DNA of 64,000 nt from Nitrospira lenta (GTDB lineage Bacteria; Nitrospirota; Nitrospiria; Nitrospirales; Nitrospiraceae), in the NCBI GenBank assembly GCA_945865525.1, contig CAMBDY010000006.1, positions 3,026-67,025 of the forward strand, written 5' to 3'. Of this stretch, positions 47,953 to 59,176 are shown in pieces. The stretch's first letter is position 1. The number at the start of each line of letters is the position of its first letter. Under the pieces are notes generated by a model that saw only the letters and a program-made list of their open reading frames with translations, was not told where the DNA came from and ran no database searches. The position numbers and the translations under genes were made by a program.

Positions 47953-49389
47953 CTAGGAAGCAGATTTCGTTGCTGACTGGTGCGCGTACAGGTATTGATC
48001 GATGCCCGCCGCCATTTTTCGCCCTTCGGCGATCGCCCAGACGATGAGTGAAGGGCCTCGCTTAGTGTCGCCGCTGGCAAAAACACCCTCGAGGTTGGTC
48101 ATAAAATTGTCGTCTACGGCCACCGTGCCACGGACATCGTATTTCACGCCAAGACTGTCCAACAGACCATTCTTCACCGGACCAGTGAACCCCATCGCGA
48201 GTAGGACCAGATCGACATCCAACTCGAAGTCGCTCCCAGGAATTGGCGTAAACTTGCCGTTCTCGAACTTCACTCGATTAGCATGGAGCGTCGTCACTTG
48301 GCCATTGCGGCCGGTGAACTTGGTCGTCGAGACACTCCACTGCCGGTCGCATCCTTCTTCATGCGCATGCGACGTGCGAAGCTGCATGGGCCAGAGCGGC
48401 CAGGGCGTCGAACCCGCCCTAGTCGGAGGAGGCTCCGGCAACACTTCGAACTGATACGCTTCGGTGCAGCCCTGTCGATGCACCGTACCAAGACAGTCCG
48501 ATCCTGTATCGCCACCACCGATGATGATGACGCGCTTGCCCTTGGCCGTGATTGGCTCCGCCGTGACGGGAATCCCGGCGTTGCGCTTGTTCTGCTGCAT
48601 CAGAAACTCCATCGCGAGATATACGCCCTCGAGCTCGCGGCCAGGGATCGGCAACTCACGAGCCGTCTCTGCCCCCATGGTGAGACCGACCGCATCGAAC
48701 TGCTGACGCAACTGTTCACCCGTAATATCTTTCCCGATGGTCACACCGGTCTTGAATTCGACGCCTTCGGCTTTCATCTGATCCAGACGGCGGTCGATGA
48801 CCCATTTTTCCATCTTGAAGTCAGGGATACCGTAGCGGAGCAACCCGCCAATACGGTCGGACTTCTCGAATACCGTCACGCGATGGCCGGCGCGGGCCAG
48901 TTGCTGCGCGGCGGCCAAGCCTGCCGGACCTGACCCAACAATCGCAACGGTCTTCCTCGTATTCGTAACGGGCAGAATCGGCTCAACCAATCCTTCATTG
49001 AAACCACGGTCAATAATATTCCATTCGAGAATCCTGATAGAGACCGGGTCTGAATTGATACCGAGCACACAAGCCCCTTCGCAGGGCGCCGGACAGAGCC
49101 GACCAGTAAACTCAGGAAAATTATTCGTGGTATGCAACGCCTTGAGCGCGTCGTTCCAGCGGCCACGATACACCAGATCGTTCCATTCAGGGATCAAGTT
49201 CACGACTGGGCAGCCGGTCGATCCCTGGCAAAAAGGTACGCCGCAGTCCATGCAGCGGGCCCCCTGAACCTTGAGCGTGTCCTCAGCCACCGGCTCATAC
49301 ATTTCCTTCCACTCGAGCACCCGTAGCTCGACCGGTTTCCGCTTGGGCCCCTCGCGGGCATACTTCATGAAACCTTTTAAATCACCCAT
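47953..49389 (-). CDS. gltD: Glutamate synthase small subunit (NADPH)
   Basis: MGDLKGFMKYAREGPKRKPVELRVLEWKE, Cys clusters, GSGPAGLAAA dinucleotide fold. ATG 49389 preferred over TTG 49416. Confidence 0.9.
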   Translation of the reverse strand: MGDLKGFMKYAREGPKRKPVELRVLEWKEMYEPVAEDTLKVQGARCMDCGVPFCQGSTGCPVVNLIPEWNDLVYRGRWNDALKALHTTNNFPEFTGRLCPAPCEGACVLGINSDPVSIRILEWNIIDRGFNEGLVEPILPVTNTRKTVAIVGSGPAGLAAAQQLARAGHRVTVFEKSDRIGGLLRYGIPDFKMEKWVIDRRLDQMKAEGVEFKTGVTIGKDITGEQLRQQFDAVGLTMGAETARELPIPGRELEGVYLAMEFLMQQNKRNAGIPVTAEPITAKGKRVIIIGGGDTGSDCLGTVHRQGCTEAYQFEVLPEPPPTRAGSTPWPLWPMQLRTSHAHEEGCDRQWSVSTTKFTGRNGQVTTLHANRVKFENGKFTPIPGSDFELDVDLVLLAMGFTGPVKNGLLDSLGVKYDVRGTVAVDDNFMTNLEGVFASGDTKRGPSLIVWAIAEGRKMAAGIDQYLYAHQSATKSAS

Positions 49390-49450
49390 GCTGGACTCAT
49401 CTCTCATCCCTCGCAAAACGCTTCACGTTTCACGAACAATACTGCACGTT

Positions 49451-52400
49451 TTATTTGATTACGGCCGCTTTCTTCTTCCGCTCTTCCAGCACACGCTTAT
49501 AGTCCACCGGCATCACCTTCTCGAACTTCGGTAGGCTCACCTCCCAACTATCGAGAATGCGTTTCGCGTTCCGGCTGCCGGTATACATGAAGTGTGATGT
49601 GATCATCTGATGCAGCAGCTTCTGGTCTTCTGCCGTCGTCACCTTTTCCAATTCCACCATGCCGAGATTGCAGCGAGCCGGGAATTCATCCAGTTCGTTC
49701 AGCACAAAGGCCATGCCGCCTGACATACCAGCCGCAAAGTTCCGTCCTGTCGAACCTAGGACGACAACAACGCCGCCGGTCATATACTCGCACCCATGAT
49801 CGCCCGTGCCTTCCACGACCGCCCTAACGCCACTGTTCCGCACGGCAAACCGCTCGCCAGCCATACCATAGCAATAGGCTTCGCCTTGCGTCCCGCCGTA
49901 GAGCGAGGTGTTACCGATGAGAATCGTCTCTTCCGGCTTATAGAGCGCTTGCTTCGGCGGAAAGACGACGATCTTTCCTCCCGACAATCCCTTGCCCAGA
50001 TAGTCGTTGGACTCCCCTTCGAGAATGAGCGTGATGCCACGGGACAGGAACGCGCCGAAGGACTGGCCTGCGGAACCGGAGAACTTGATCGTGATGGTGT
50101 CTTCCGGCAACCCCTCAAGCCCATACTGTTTCGCTACACGACTGGAGAGCATTGTCCCGACCGTACGGTTCACATTCTGGATCGGCAAATCAAGCGTGAC
50201 TTTTTCTTTCTTCTCCAATGCCGGCTTGCAGAGTGCAATTAGCTTATTATCGAGTACGGCCGCGAGACCATGATCCTGCTTCTGCACACAGTAGCGGGCG
50301 ATTTCAGGCCCCACCTTGGGTGCGTGCAAGAGCGGGCTCAGATCCAACCCCTTGGCCTTCCAGTGATCGACCGCCTTTTGGGCTTTTAATTTATCTACGC
50401 GCCCGACCATCTCATTGATAGTCCGAAAGCCAAGCTTCGCCATGATCTCGCGCAATTCTTCCGCGACGAAGAAAAAGAAATTAACAAGATGCTCCGGCTC
50501 CCCGGAAAATTTTTTGCGCAACGCTGGGTCCTGGGTCGCAATGCCAACCGGACAGGTATTGAGGTGGCACTTCCGCATCATGATGCAACCCTCGACGATC
50601 AAGGGTGCGGTCGCAAACCCGTATTCCTCGGCGCCCAAGAGGGTGGCGATCGCCACGTCGCGGCCGGTCTTCAGCTGTCCGTCCGTCTCCACCCGGATAC
50701 GGCCACGCAAATCGTTGAGCACGAGAGTCTGGTGCGTTTCAGCTAGGCCCAATTCCCACGGCCCGCCTGCATACTTGATGGAGGAGAGCGGAGAGGCACC
50801 GGTCCCGCCAGAGTCGCCGCTGATGAGCACCTTATCCGCATGGGCCTTAGCCACTCCTGCCGCAATCGTACCAACACCCACTTCCGAGACGAGCTTGACG
50901 GAGACCGCCGCGTCCGGATTGGAATTCTTCAAATCAAAAATTAACTGCGCCAGATCTTCGATCGAATAGATGTCGTGGTGCGGTGGTGGTGAAATGAGCT
51001 GCACGCCCGGTGTGGCATACCGAAACCGCGCAATCTGCTCATCGACTTTATGCCCCGGCAACTGCCCGCCCTCGCCAGGCTTTGCGCCCTGCGCCATCTT
51101 GATCTGGAGTTCTTTGGCATTGACCAGATAGTGACTCGTGACGCCGAACCGCGCGGAAGCCACCTGCTTGATGTAACTATTCTTGGAATCGCCGTTGGCC
51201 AGCGGCGTAAATCGCTCAGGATCTTCCCCGCCCTCGCCGGTATTGCTCTTGGCACCCAATCGATTCATGGCGATGGCCAGAGTCTCGTGCGCTTCCTTAC
51301 TGATCGAGCCGAAGGACATGGCACCGGTCGTGAACCGCTTGACGATCTCCTTCACCGGCTCCACTTCTTCGAGCGGAATAGGCTCCGGCAGGAACTTGAA
51401 CTCAAGCAGCCCTCGCAAATTCCCACGCCGCTTGCTCTCGTCGTTCACGAGCTGCGAAAACTCGGCGAAAGTCTTCGGATCGTTATTTCGCGTCGCATGC
51501 TGTAGCTTATAAATCGTGTCAGGATTCCAATTGTGGCGTTCGCCTTGGATGCGATAGTGGATCTCCCCGCCGAAATCAAGCTGCCGGATCGGCGCTGGCT
51601 CATAGGCCGTGCGATGCCGTCGCAACGTCTCGTCGCCGACCTCGCGAATGCCGATTCCCTCTAGACGCGAAGGAGTGCCCGTAAAGTACTGGTCGATGAG
51701 TTCGTGATTCAACCCGATGGCTTCAAAAATCTGCGCGCCGCAGTAAGATTGCACCGTCGAGATCCCCATCTTTGAAAAGATCTTGAGCAGACCCTTATTG
51801 ATCGCCTTAATGAACTTGCCTTCCGCGGTCTGCGCGTCCAGGCCCTCGGGGAAGTAGCCGTCCCGCTCCATATCCACGATCGACTCGAATACGAGGTACG
51901 GATTCACCGTCCCGGCCCCATAGCCGATCAACGCCGCGAAGTGATGCACGTCCCGCGGCTCCCCAGTTTCCACGATGAGGCCGACTTCAGTCCTCGTGCA
52001 ATCGCGTACCAAGTGGTTATGGACGGAGGCGATACCGAGGAGGCTTGGAATCGGTGCCCATTCTGCGTTGACACCGCGGTCGCTCAGGATCAGAAACTTG
52101 TAGCCTTCTTTAATGGCTTGAGACGCCTCCCGGCGGAGCCCCTCGACAGCCGCTCCAAGCCCCTCCGGCCCCTCGGCCACCCGGAATAACATCTTGAGTG
52201 TCTTGCTCTTGAAATGCGGGTCGGCGATCTCGCGAATCTTCTGGAGATCGGCATTCGTCAAAATCGGCTGTTTCACTCGAATCCGGCGGCAGGACTCCGG
52301 ATGCTCGTCCATCAGATTGGGCTTGGGTCCGATGCTGGTCGTGAGCGACATAACCAGTTCTTCGCGGATCGAATCGATCGGCGGATTAGTCACCTGAGCG

Positions 52401-53968
52401 AAGAGCTGCCGGAAATATTTGAAGAGCAGTTGCGGCTGATTGGAGAGTACCGCTAGGGGCGTATCCGTGCCCATCGACGAAGTGGCTTCCTGCCCCTCCA
52501 CCAACATAGGCATGATGACCATCTTCAACTCTTCGACGGTGTAGCCGAAGGCCTGTTGCCGCTGGCGAATCGTCGGGTGGTCCGGCTGTGGCACATTGCT
52601 GGGATCGGGCAATTCATCGAGCGAAATTCTGTATTGAGTGACCCAGGACCGGTACGGCTTGCGACTCGTGATTTCGGCCTTCACTGCCTCATCATCGATG
52701 ATGCGCCCTTGCACGGTATCGACCATGAACATCCGGCCTGGCATGAGGCGACCTTTCTGCCGGATCTTCTGGACGTCCATCGGTAAGACACCGGCCTCCG
52801 AGGCCAGGATCACTAGACCGTCTGTCGTCACTTGATAGCGGCAGGGCCGCAACCCGTTGCGGTCAAGCGTTGCGCCGATAAATTTGCCATCGGTGAAACA
52901 GACCGCCGCCGGGCCGTCCCAGGGCTCCTGCATCGCCGCGTGGTACTCGTAGAACCCCCGCCGGTCGAGATCCATGTGCGGATTCGCGACCCAGGGCTCT
53001 GGAATCAACATCATCATTACGTGCGGCAAGGAGCGCCCGCCCATGGTCAGGAACTCCACGGCATTGTCTAAACAAGCCGAGTCGCTCTGCTGCTCTGAGA
53101 CGATCGGATAGAGTTTGGCCAAATCGTCGCCAAACAGTTGGGAATTGAGACGGCCCTGTCTGGCGCGCATCCAATTCACGTTGCCCTTCAGCGTGTTGAT
53201 CTCACCGTTATGGCAAATGTAGCGATAGGGATGGGCCAAAGGCCACGTCGGGAAGGTGTTTGTGCTGAAACGGGAATGCACGAGGGCCAACGCGCTCGTC
53301 AAGCTCGCATCGCCCAAGTCCTGGTAATAGGCCGCCATCTGATGCGGGAGCAACAGCCCTTTGTACACAATGGTGTTCGCCGACAAGCTCGAAACATAGA
53401 AGTACTCGCGCCCCTGAATGGCCGACTGGGAAATGGCGTTTTCCACCCGCTTACGAATGACGTAAAGCTTTCGTTCAAACTGTCCTTCATTGAGGACGTC
53501 GCGGGCGAGAAAGAGCTGCCGCATGAAGGGCTCGGTGCTGCGCGCCACGGGACCGATCGCATCGCTCTTGACCGGCACATCGCGCCAGCCCAGAAGCCGT
53601 ACGCCTTCTTCTCCAACAATTCTGCTAACCAGCGCTTCGCACTGTTGCCGCGCATCAGCCTGGGGCGGGAGAAATAACATCCCGACGCCGTACTCTCCGG
53701 CCGCAGGCAACGCCACCCCGATATCGCCAGCGGCGCGCTTGAAAAATTCATGCGGCACTTGCAGCAGAATCCCCGCGCCGTCTCCCGTACAGGGGTCACA
53801 GCCCTGCGCTCCTCGGTGACTGAGGCTTTCAAGGATCTGCAGCCCCTGCTGCACAATCGTATGGGATTTTTGCCCCTTGATATTGACGACAAACCCGACA
53901 CCACAGGAGTCCTTCTCCTGTTCAGGGTCGTAGAGGCCTTGCTTCGGTGGAAGCCCGGGGGTGCGCAT
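49451..53968 (-). CDS. gltB: Glutamate synthase large subunit
   Basis: 1505 aa with an N-terminal Cys amidotransferase (DSCGVGFV), FMN/3Fe-4S central domains and a C-terminal GXGXG beta-helix. Confidence 0.95.
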   Translation of the reverse strand: MRTPGLPPKQGLYDPEQEKDSCGVGFVVNIKGQKSHTIVQQGLQILESLSHRGAQGCDPCTGDGAGILLQVPHEFFKRAAGDIGVALPAAGEYGVGMLFLPPQADARQQCEALVSRIVGEEGVRLLGWRDVPVKSDAIGPVARSTEPFMRQLFLARDVLNEGQFERKLYVIRKRVENAISQSAIQGREYFYVSSLSANTIVYKGLLLPHQMAAYYQDLGDASLTSALALVHSRFSTNTFPTWPLAHPYRYICHNGEINTLKGNVNWMRARQGRLNSQLFGDDLAKLYPIVSEQQSDSACLDNAVEFLTMGGRSLPHVMMMLIPEPWVANPHMDLDRRGFYEYHAAMQEPWDGPAAVCFTDGKFIGATLDRNGLRPCRYQVTTDGLVILASEAGVLPMDVQKIRQKGRLMPGRMFMVDTVQGRIIDDEAVKAEITSRKPYRSWVTQYRISLDELPDPSNVPQPDHPTIRQRQQAFGYTVEELKMVIMPMLVEGQEATSSMGTDTPLAVLSNQPQLLFKYFRQLFAQVTNPPIDSIREELVMSLTTSIGPKPNLMDEHPESCRRIRVKQPILTNADLQKIREIADPHFKSKTLKMLFRVAEGPEGLGAAVEGLRREASQAIKEGYKFLILSDRGVNAEWAPIPSLLGIASVHNHLVRDCTRTEVGLIVETGEPRDVHHFAALIGYGAGTVNPYLVFESIVDMERDGYFPEGLDAQTAEGKFIKAINKGLLKIFSKMGISTVQSYCGAQIFEAIGLNHELIDQYFTGTPSRLEGIGIREVGDETLRRHRTAYEPAPIRQLDFGGEIHYRIQGERHNWNPDTIYKLQHATRNNDPKTFAEFSQLVNDESKRRGNLRGLLEFKFLPEPIPLEEVEPVKEIVKRFTTGAMSFGSISKEAHETLAIAMNRLGAKSNTGEGGEDPERFTPLANGDSKNSYIKQVASARFGVTSHYLVNAKELQIKMAQGAKPGEGGQLPGHKVDEQIARFRYATPGVQLISPPPHHDIYSIEDLAQLIFDLKNSNPDAAVSVKLVSEVGVGTIAAGVAKAHADKVLISGDSGGTGASPLSSIKYAGGPWELGLAETHQTLVLNDLRGRIRVETDGQLKTGRDVAIATLLGAEEYGFATAPLIVEGCIMMRKCHLNTCPVGIATQDPALRKKFSGEPEHLVNFFFFVAEELREIMAKLGFRTINEMVGRVDKLKAQKAVDHWKAKGLDLSPLLHAPKVGPEIARYCVQKQDHGLAAVLDNKLIALCKPALEKKEKVTLDLPIQNVNRTVGTMLSSRVAKQYGLEGLPEDTITIKFSGSAGQSFGAFLSRGITLILEGESNDYLGKGLSGGKIVVFPPKQALYKPEETILIGNTSLYGGTQGEAYCYGMAGERFAVRNSGVRAVVEGTGDHGCEYMTGGVVVVLGSTGRNFAAGMSGGMAFVLNELDEFPARCNLGMVELEKVTTAEDQKLLHQMITSHFMYTGSRNAKRILDSWEVSLPKFEKVMPVDYKRVLEERKKKAAVIK

Positions 53969-54210
53969 CGTTCGTATCTCGTTAAAAAGAAAGGCGTTTA
54001 GTCTACTAGACGGAGGCTACACCAGAGAGGCGATCGGGAGGGATAACCCCGTCACTCACAAGGCTTATTCCGTTCGTATCAGCTCCACTCACCTTAATAG
54101 AAGCACGATTCCTCTGTCAAGATTTCACTCGCGCAGAGGCCTCATATCCACAGATCCCCAAGGGGTCATTGGCTTGACTTTGTTTCTTCCTCTACCCTAC
54201 CATCCGCCGC

Positions 54211-55215
54211 ATGTCCCAAGGCCCAATCACCTCTACTATCAACAATATGGCGGACGTCTGGGAGGCGTACCGCGATGAATTGGACGGGGTGGAGTGTCAG
54301 GTCCGGGCGAACCTCGATTCCAGCGTTGCACTCGTCAATACCGTCGCTGGCCATATCCTGAACAGCGGCGGAAAACGAATCAGACCGTTACTCCTATTGC
54401 TTTCCGCCCGTCTCTGCGGCTATGCCGGCCGCGACCATCACCGACTCGGGAGTCTGGTGGAGTTCATCCATACCGCCACCCTGCTTCATGACGATGTGGT
54501 CGACGATGCTGATATCCGCCGAGGCCTGCGCACCGCGCGAAAAATCTGGGGGAACCAAATCAGCATCCTCGTCGGCGACTACCTCTACTCCAAAGCCATC
54601 TGCGAGATCGTCGACTTCCAAAACCAGGGCATCAACGAAGTGCTCGCTGAAGCCTGCAAGAAGATGGCGGAAGGCGAAGTCCTCCAGCTCCAATACAACG
54701 GCAACCCGTCCATGCCGGAAGCAGACTATTTCAAAATCGTCGAACACAAAACCGCCAGCTTGATTGCCGCCGCCTGCCGCATGGGTGCCATTCTCGCGGA
54801 CGCCTCGGACACACAACAGGATGCGCTTTTCCAATTCGGCCAGCATCTGGGAGTCGCCTTTCAAGTGACCGACGACACGCTCGACTACACGGCCAACGAC
54901 GAGCGGTTAGGTAAAGCCCTCGGACAGGATCTCCGCCAAGGCAAAGCCTCGCTGCCGCTGCTCCATCTACTCCACCATTGTTCCGAGCAGGACAGGCTAA
55001 TGATCATCGACCGCATGGATACCAGAACCCTGACGACAGAGGACCTCGACCGGCTCATTGGCCTGATGAACGACGCGGGCTCGATCGCCTATGCCACAGA
55101 CCTCGCACGCGCCTACATCGGCAAAGCCCAACACAATCTCAGCTTATTCGAAGACTGTACAGCTAAACGCGCCCTCTTGGTGGTTGCCGATTATATGGTG
55201 ACCCGCGACCGATAG
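54211..55215 (+). CDS. ispB: Long-chain polyprenyl-diphosphate synthase (octaprenyl-type)
   Basis: LLHDDVVDDADIRRG and FQVTDDTLDY aspartate-rich motifs. Confidence 0.9.
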   Translation: MSQGPITSTINNMADVWEAYRDELDGVECQVRANLDSSVALVNTVAGHILNSGGKRIRPLLLLLSARLCGYAGRDHHRLGSLVEFIHTATLLHDDVVDDADIRRGLRTARKIWGNQISILVGDYLYSKAICEIVDFQNQGINEVLAEACKKMAEGEVLQLQYNGNPSMPEADYFKIVEHKTASLIAAACRMGAILADASDTQQDALFQFGQHLGVAFQVTDDTLDYTANDERLGKALGQDLRQGKASLPLLHLLHHCSEQDRLMIIDRMDTRTLTTEDLDRLIGLMNDAGSIAYATDLARAYIGKAQHNLSLFEDCTAKRALLVVADYMVTRDR

Positions 55216-55322
55216 ATTTTCTCCCGCGTATTGCCGCAAGACGGTACGAGAAAGACAGATCACTCTCTTTCGGTAGTTGCGCCCCAACTCCCGCCATCAC
55301 TTACACAGCAGAGGATAACGCG

Positions 55323-56642
55323 ATGTCGACGATTATTCCGTTTCACGGTACGGTGTATGACGCGAAGGTAGTGGGAGACGTTAAACAGGTCGTGGCGCCG
55401 CCCTACGACATCATCGATGCAGCAGGACAAAAGGCGCTCTACGAACGTCATCTACAGAACATCATCAGACTAGAGCTCGGCCTCGATCAGCCCGACGACA
55501 GCCCCACGGACAACCGCTACACACGAGCCGCAGCCACCCTACAAAACTGGCTTAAGAGCGGGGCCTTGAAACGCGACGCACAGCCGACGATCTACTACCA
55601 TACAATCGAATATGCACCGCCCTATGCGCCAGCCAGCGCGCCGACAAAGACCCTCAAGGGCTTTATTGCCAATGTCAAATTGGAAGCGCTCGACTCCGGA
55701 CATATCTATCCACACGAAAACACCCGCTCGGCCGCTAAGACCGACCGGCTGAATCTGCTCGGAGCCTGCAAAACCAATTTCAGCCCCATCTGGTCCCTCT
55801 ACTCGGACCCCCACAATACGGTCATAGGGCTGCTCGAAACGTCGATCAAAGGCAAACCAGCTCCTATCGATTTTCGCGATGACGAGGGATTCCGGCAACA
55901 GCTCTGGGCCGTGACCGATCCGACCATCGTGAAGCAGGTAGTCGACGCACTCCGTCTGAAGCCGTTGTTTATCGCCGACGGCCACCACCGTTACGAGACC
56001 GCCTTGAACTATCAGAAGCTTCGCCGCCAACAGGTAAGCGCGCCAGCCAGCCACCAACCCTACGATGGTGTGATGATGCTGCTCGCCGCCCTTGAAGATC
56101 CGGGGCTCACCGTGCTGCCGACCCACCGGGTCATCACCACGCCACTCCCCTCCTCCGACAAGGTGCGAGCCCTCCTAGCGGACCAGTTCGAACTACAAGA
56201 ATTCCCCTTTACCGCAGGAACCCAAGCGGTGGTGCGCGCGCAATTCATCGAATCCTTACGCACTAACGGCCGAACCGTGCCGATGTTTGGCCTGAGGCTG
56301 AAAGGGAAAGAGGCCTACCTCACGTTGACCCTCAAGCCGGCCTATCGTCCGCCGGCATCCGCATCGCCCCGCACCAAACTGGATGTCTCACTCCTCCAGC
56401 ACCTGGTCGTCACAAAGCTCTGCCAGACGCAGCAGGAACAAGAAGCGATCCTCTATACCAAAGACGATCATGAAGCGCTGGATTGGGTAGCAAAGGGGAT
56501 GGGAACGGGAGCCCTACTCCTCAATCCCACCAAGGTCAGCGAAGTGCAATCTGTCGCGACAGCCGGCGAACGCATGCCCCATAAGTCAACCTACTTCTTC
56601 CCGAAGCCGCTCACCGGGTTGGTGATCAACGTCATGGAGTAG
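55323..56642 (+). CDS. DUF1015 domain-containing protein
   Basis: N-terminus MSTIIPFHGTVYD...VVAPPYDIID and IADGHHRYETAL are characteristic of this family. Confidence 0.8.
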   Translation: MSTIIPFHGTVYDAKVVGDVKQVVAPPYDIIDAAGQKALYERHLQNIIRLELGLDQPDDSPTDNRYTRAAATLQNWLKSGALKRDAQPTIYYHTIEYAPPYAPASAPTKTLKGFIANVKLEALDSGHIYPHENTRSAAKTDRLNLLGACKTNFSPIWSLYSDPHNTVIGLLETSIKGKPAPIDFRDDEGFRQQLWAVTDPTIVKQVVDALRLKPLFIADGHHRYETALNYQKLRRQQVSAPASHQPYDGVMMLLAALEDPGLTVLPTHRVITTPLPSSDKVRALLADQFELQEFPFTAGTQAVVRAQFIESLRTNGRTVPMFGLRLKGKEAYLTLTLKPAYRPPASASPRTKLDVSLLQHLVVTKLCQTQQEQEAILYTKDDHEALDWVAKGMGTGALLLNPTKVSEVQSVATAGERMPHKSTYFFPKPLTGLVINVME

Positions 56643-56742
56643 CAGGGCAATACGGTAGCACTGCGTACGGTTCATATAGGCCTGCAGTGCACGAGGCCCT
56701 ACACAACTTCTCTGACAGCTTTTTAGCCTTCTGCTAGGGGGC

Positions 56743-57474
56743 TCACTGCCGTGCCGTTAGGGTGATACGTCCGGTTAATGCATCCTGTTGGGCTTGCGCG
56801 TAATGCTCGGGAGTCCCAACGTCGGACCAGTACCCCTGATGATCGTAGCCTAACACAGCCTCGTCCCGCTGAATCGCCCCGACGTAGGCATCAATGATCG
56901 AAGACTCCTTCCCGTGCGGTACCTCGCGCAGCAGGCGCGGATCGAAGATATGAATCCCAGCGAACATGCGAGGCTGAATCGGGCCGGACTCCGACTTTCC
57001 GCGGCCGGTAATGCGAACGATGCGGCTATCCGAATTCATTTCCACCAGCCCCCATCGCACCGCCTCAGGATCTTTGCGTAGGACCAACGTGGCGGCGGCT
57101 TTTCGCTGCAGGTGAAAGGCCCACAAGGCCCCCAGATCGATCTCCACCAGCGTATCTCCGTTCAGCACCAGCACCGGCTCCCCTGAGAAATGTGGCTCCG
57201 CCTGCTTGAGCCCGCCTCCCGTGCCGAGAATCATCGGCTCATCGGAGTAAACAATCCGTAGCCCATAGCGCGAACCGTCGCCGAGCGCCTGCTCGATCAT
57301 CGCTCCGAGGTGATGCAGATTGATGACGACCTCCTGGAACCCGTGCCGCTTCAGGAGCAAGAGGTTCCAGACAATCAACGGCGTCCCGGCCACAGGGAGG
57401 AGCGGTTTTGGAGTCGTGTTGGTCAACGGTCTCAGGCGAGTGCCCAAGCCCGCTGCGAGGATCATCGCTTTCAT
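56743..57474 (-). CDS. murU: Sugar-1-phosphate nucleotidyltransferase, MurU-like (MurNAc-1-P uridylyltransferase)
   Basis: MKAMILAAGLGTRLRPLTNTTPKPLLPV. Lies downstream of the amgK-like kinase on the same strand. Confidence 0.75.
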   Translation of the reverse strand: MKAMILAAGLGTRLRPLTNTTPKPLLPVAGTPLIVWNLLLLKRHGFQEVVINLHHLGAMIEQALGDGSRYGLRIVYSDEPMILGTGGGLKQAEPHFSGEPVLVLNGDTLVEIDLGALWAFHLQRKAAATLVLRKDPEAVRWGLVEMNSDSRIVRITGRGKSESGPIQPRMFAGIHIFDPRLLREVPHGKESSIIDAYVGAIQRDEAVLGYDHQGYWSDVGTPEHYAQAQQDALTGRITLTARQ

Positions 57475-57577
57475 AACAACCGTGAGTAGTGACTGGTGAG
57501 ACGTGATGGATCAGCGTCGATAGGAATCACGTTGGCCCTCCGTATGCCACTCATCATCGATGATCACCCACCACGCC

Positions 57578-58681
57578 TCACTCCAATTCAGGCACATAGC
57601 GGGCGAGATGCTTCCGTAGCGGCTCCAGCTCGGGATACTTCCGGAGATTGCGCTGGACGTAACCCAGCGTACGCGGGATATCGGCGAGGAACTTTGGATT
57701 GCCTTTGACGCGGTCAATATAGACGAATCGCCCGGCCGCCTTCAGGTTCCGCTGAATACTCGTGAAGTCGAACAGACGGCGGAAGGCCTCCCGGTTGGTC
57801 CAGCCCTGCCGATGCGCCGCCATCTGATCGAGGTAGCGATTGATCAGACGGTCGATCAGCGCCTCGTCCAGTTTGATATACGCGTCGCGCAGCAGCGACG
57901 CCAGATCGTAGGTCGCAGGCCCCATCAGCGCATCCTGAAAATCAATCACCCCCAACCTCGCGCCATCCACCATCAAATTGCGTGAATGATAGTCCCGGTG
58001 GACAAAGACATGCGGCTCCCCCACCAGCAATTCAGCAATTTTCTCAAAAGCTCCACGGATTTGACGGCGATCCTCGTCATCCATCAGCACGCCCTGCCGG
58101 ACATCAATCCCATATTCCAGAAAATGCTCGAACTCCCACATGAGAAGCGGTACATCGAAGCTACGATGGAACGCGAGACAATTGGGATCGACTGGCGAGG
58201 TGGCCTTTACTTGCATCTTCACAAGCGCATCGACCGCCTGCGCATAGCGCGCTTCCAACGCTTCTTCACTCGCCTCACGACAAGCGTCTGACAAAGTGAG
58301 GTCCCCGAAATCTTCAAGATAAAGCAGGCCCGTCACCTGATCGTAGTGATAGAGGCGCGGGACGGACAGGCCGGCTTTCGATAAATGGGAGAGGATATTC
58401 AGAAACGGCAGCTCCGTGACGTGATGAGTTGCCCCGCTCACAGCCTCTTCCGATTGCTTAAACGCCTCGGCTTCGGCCAGCTGCATGAGAATCACCGAGC
58501 GAACGGATGGCCCAGTCAATTCGATACGGAAATAGCGACGATTAGACGCATCGCCGGCCAATGGCGTGAGGGATTTCACTTGTCCTTGAAAAGGAAGCCG
58601 TGCTTCGACCGTGGCAGCGATAAGCGAATGGTCCGGTAACGTCAGTGGTTGTTTCGGCGTGGCAGGACCCGTGGTAGCCAT
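57578..58681 (-). CDS. amgK: Aminoglycoside-phosphotransferase-fold kinase, AmgK-like (anomeric MurNAc/GlcNAc kinase)
   Basis: LAGDASNRRYFRI, VHRDYHSRNLMV, IDFQDA. Trimmed to ATG 58681; the track ORF extends 164 codons upstream without support. Confidence 0.75.
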   Translation of the reverse strand: MATTGPATPKQPLTLPDHSLIAATVEARLPFQGQVKSLTPLAGDASNRRYFRIELTGPSVRSVILMQLAEAEAFKQSEEAVSGATHHVTELPFLNILSHLSKAGLSVPRLYHYDQVTGLLYLEDFGDLTLSDACREASEEALEARYAQAVDALVKMQVKATSPVDPNCLAFHRSFDVPLLMWEFEHFLEYGIDVRQGVLMDDEDRRQIRGAFEKIAELLVGEPHVFVHRDYHSRNLMVDGARLGVIDFQDALMGPATYDLASLLRDAYIKLDEALIDRLINRYLDQMAAHRQGWTNREAFRRLFDFTSIQRNLKAAGRFVYIDRVKGNPKFLADIPRTLGYVQRNLRKYPELEPLRKHLARYVPELE

Positions 58682-58936
58682 AGGCCGCTGACTATACTGG
58701 CGAAATCGAAGATTGTCACGCAATGGCCCTAGCGCCTTGGCGTGAGACAGTGGCGCTCGAGGGCCCTCGCTAATCCGTCTTGCACCTTCATCCTGCACAG
58801 CTCCCCCTCCACGAAAAAATGAGAGACGGCTACCCCTGACACATGGGGCTGGAGACGAAAGGAGTCTCGTCTTCTCCGGACGCCGCGTGTCCTTTGTCTC
58901 TTGCCCCCTCCCTATACGGCAGCTTATGATCGCCCC

Positions 58937-59176
58937 ATGCAAGTTCGACTGAGCCACCCATCCAGAACCGTCGAAGTCAAAGGTCCAAAAAAGGCCAAGG
59001 ATCTCCTGCGCGAGCTCAATCTCGTCGTCGAAGCACATCTGGTGATCAAAGGCGACGATCTGGTCACAGAAGACGAGATGCTCTACGAAGGCGATCAAAT
59101 TGAAATCCGGCCTGTCATCTCTGGCGGCTCGCCACGTTTTACCTCTCACGTTCCACCCTTCACGAGCCCCCAATGA
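58937..59176 (+). CDS. ThiS/MoaD-family ubiquitin-like sulfur carrier (TtuB-like) with 15-aa extension after Gly-Gly
   Basis: MQVRLSHPSRTVEVKGPKKAKDLLRELNLV...YEGDQIEIRPVISGG is 64 aa ending in GG at 59123-59128, followed by SPRFTSHVPPFTSPQ. The stop overlaps the ttuA ATG (ATGA). Confidence 0.65.
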   Translation: MQVRLSHPSRTVEVKGPKKAKDLLRELNLVVEAHLVIKGDDLVTEDEMLYEGDQIEIRPVISGGSPRFTSHVPPFTSPQ

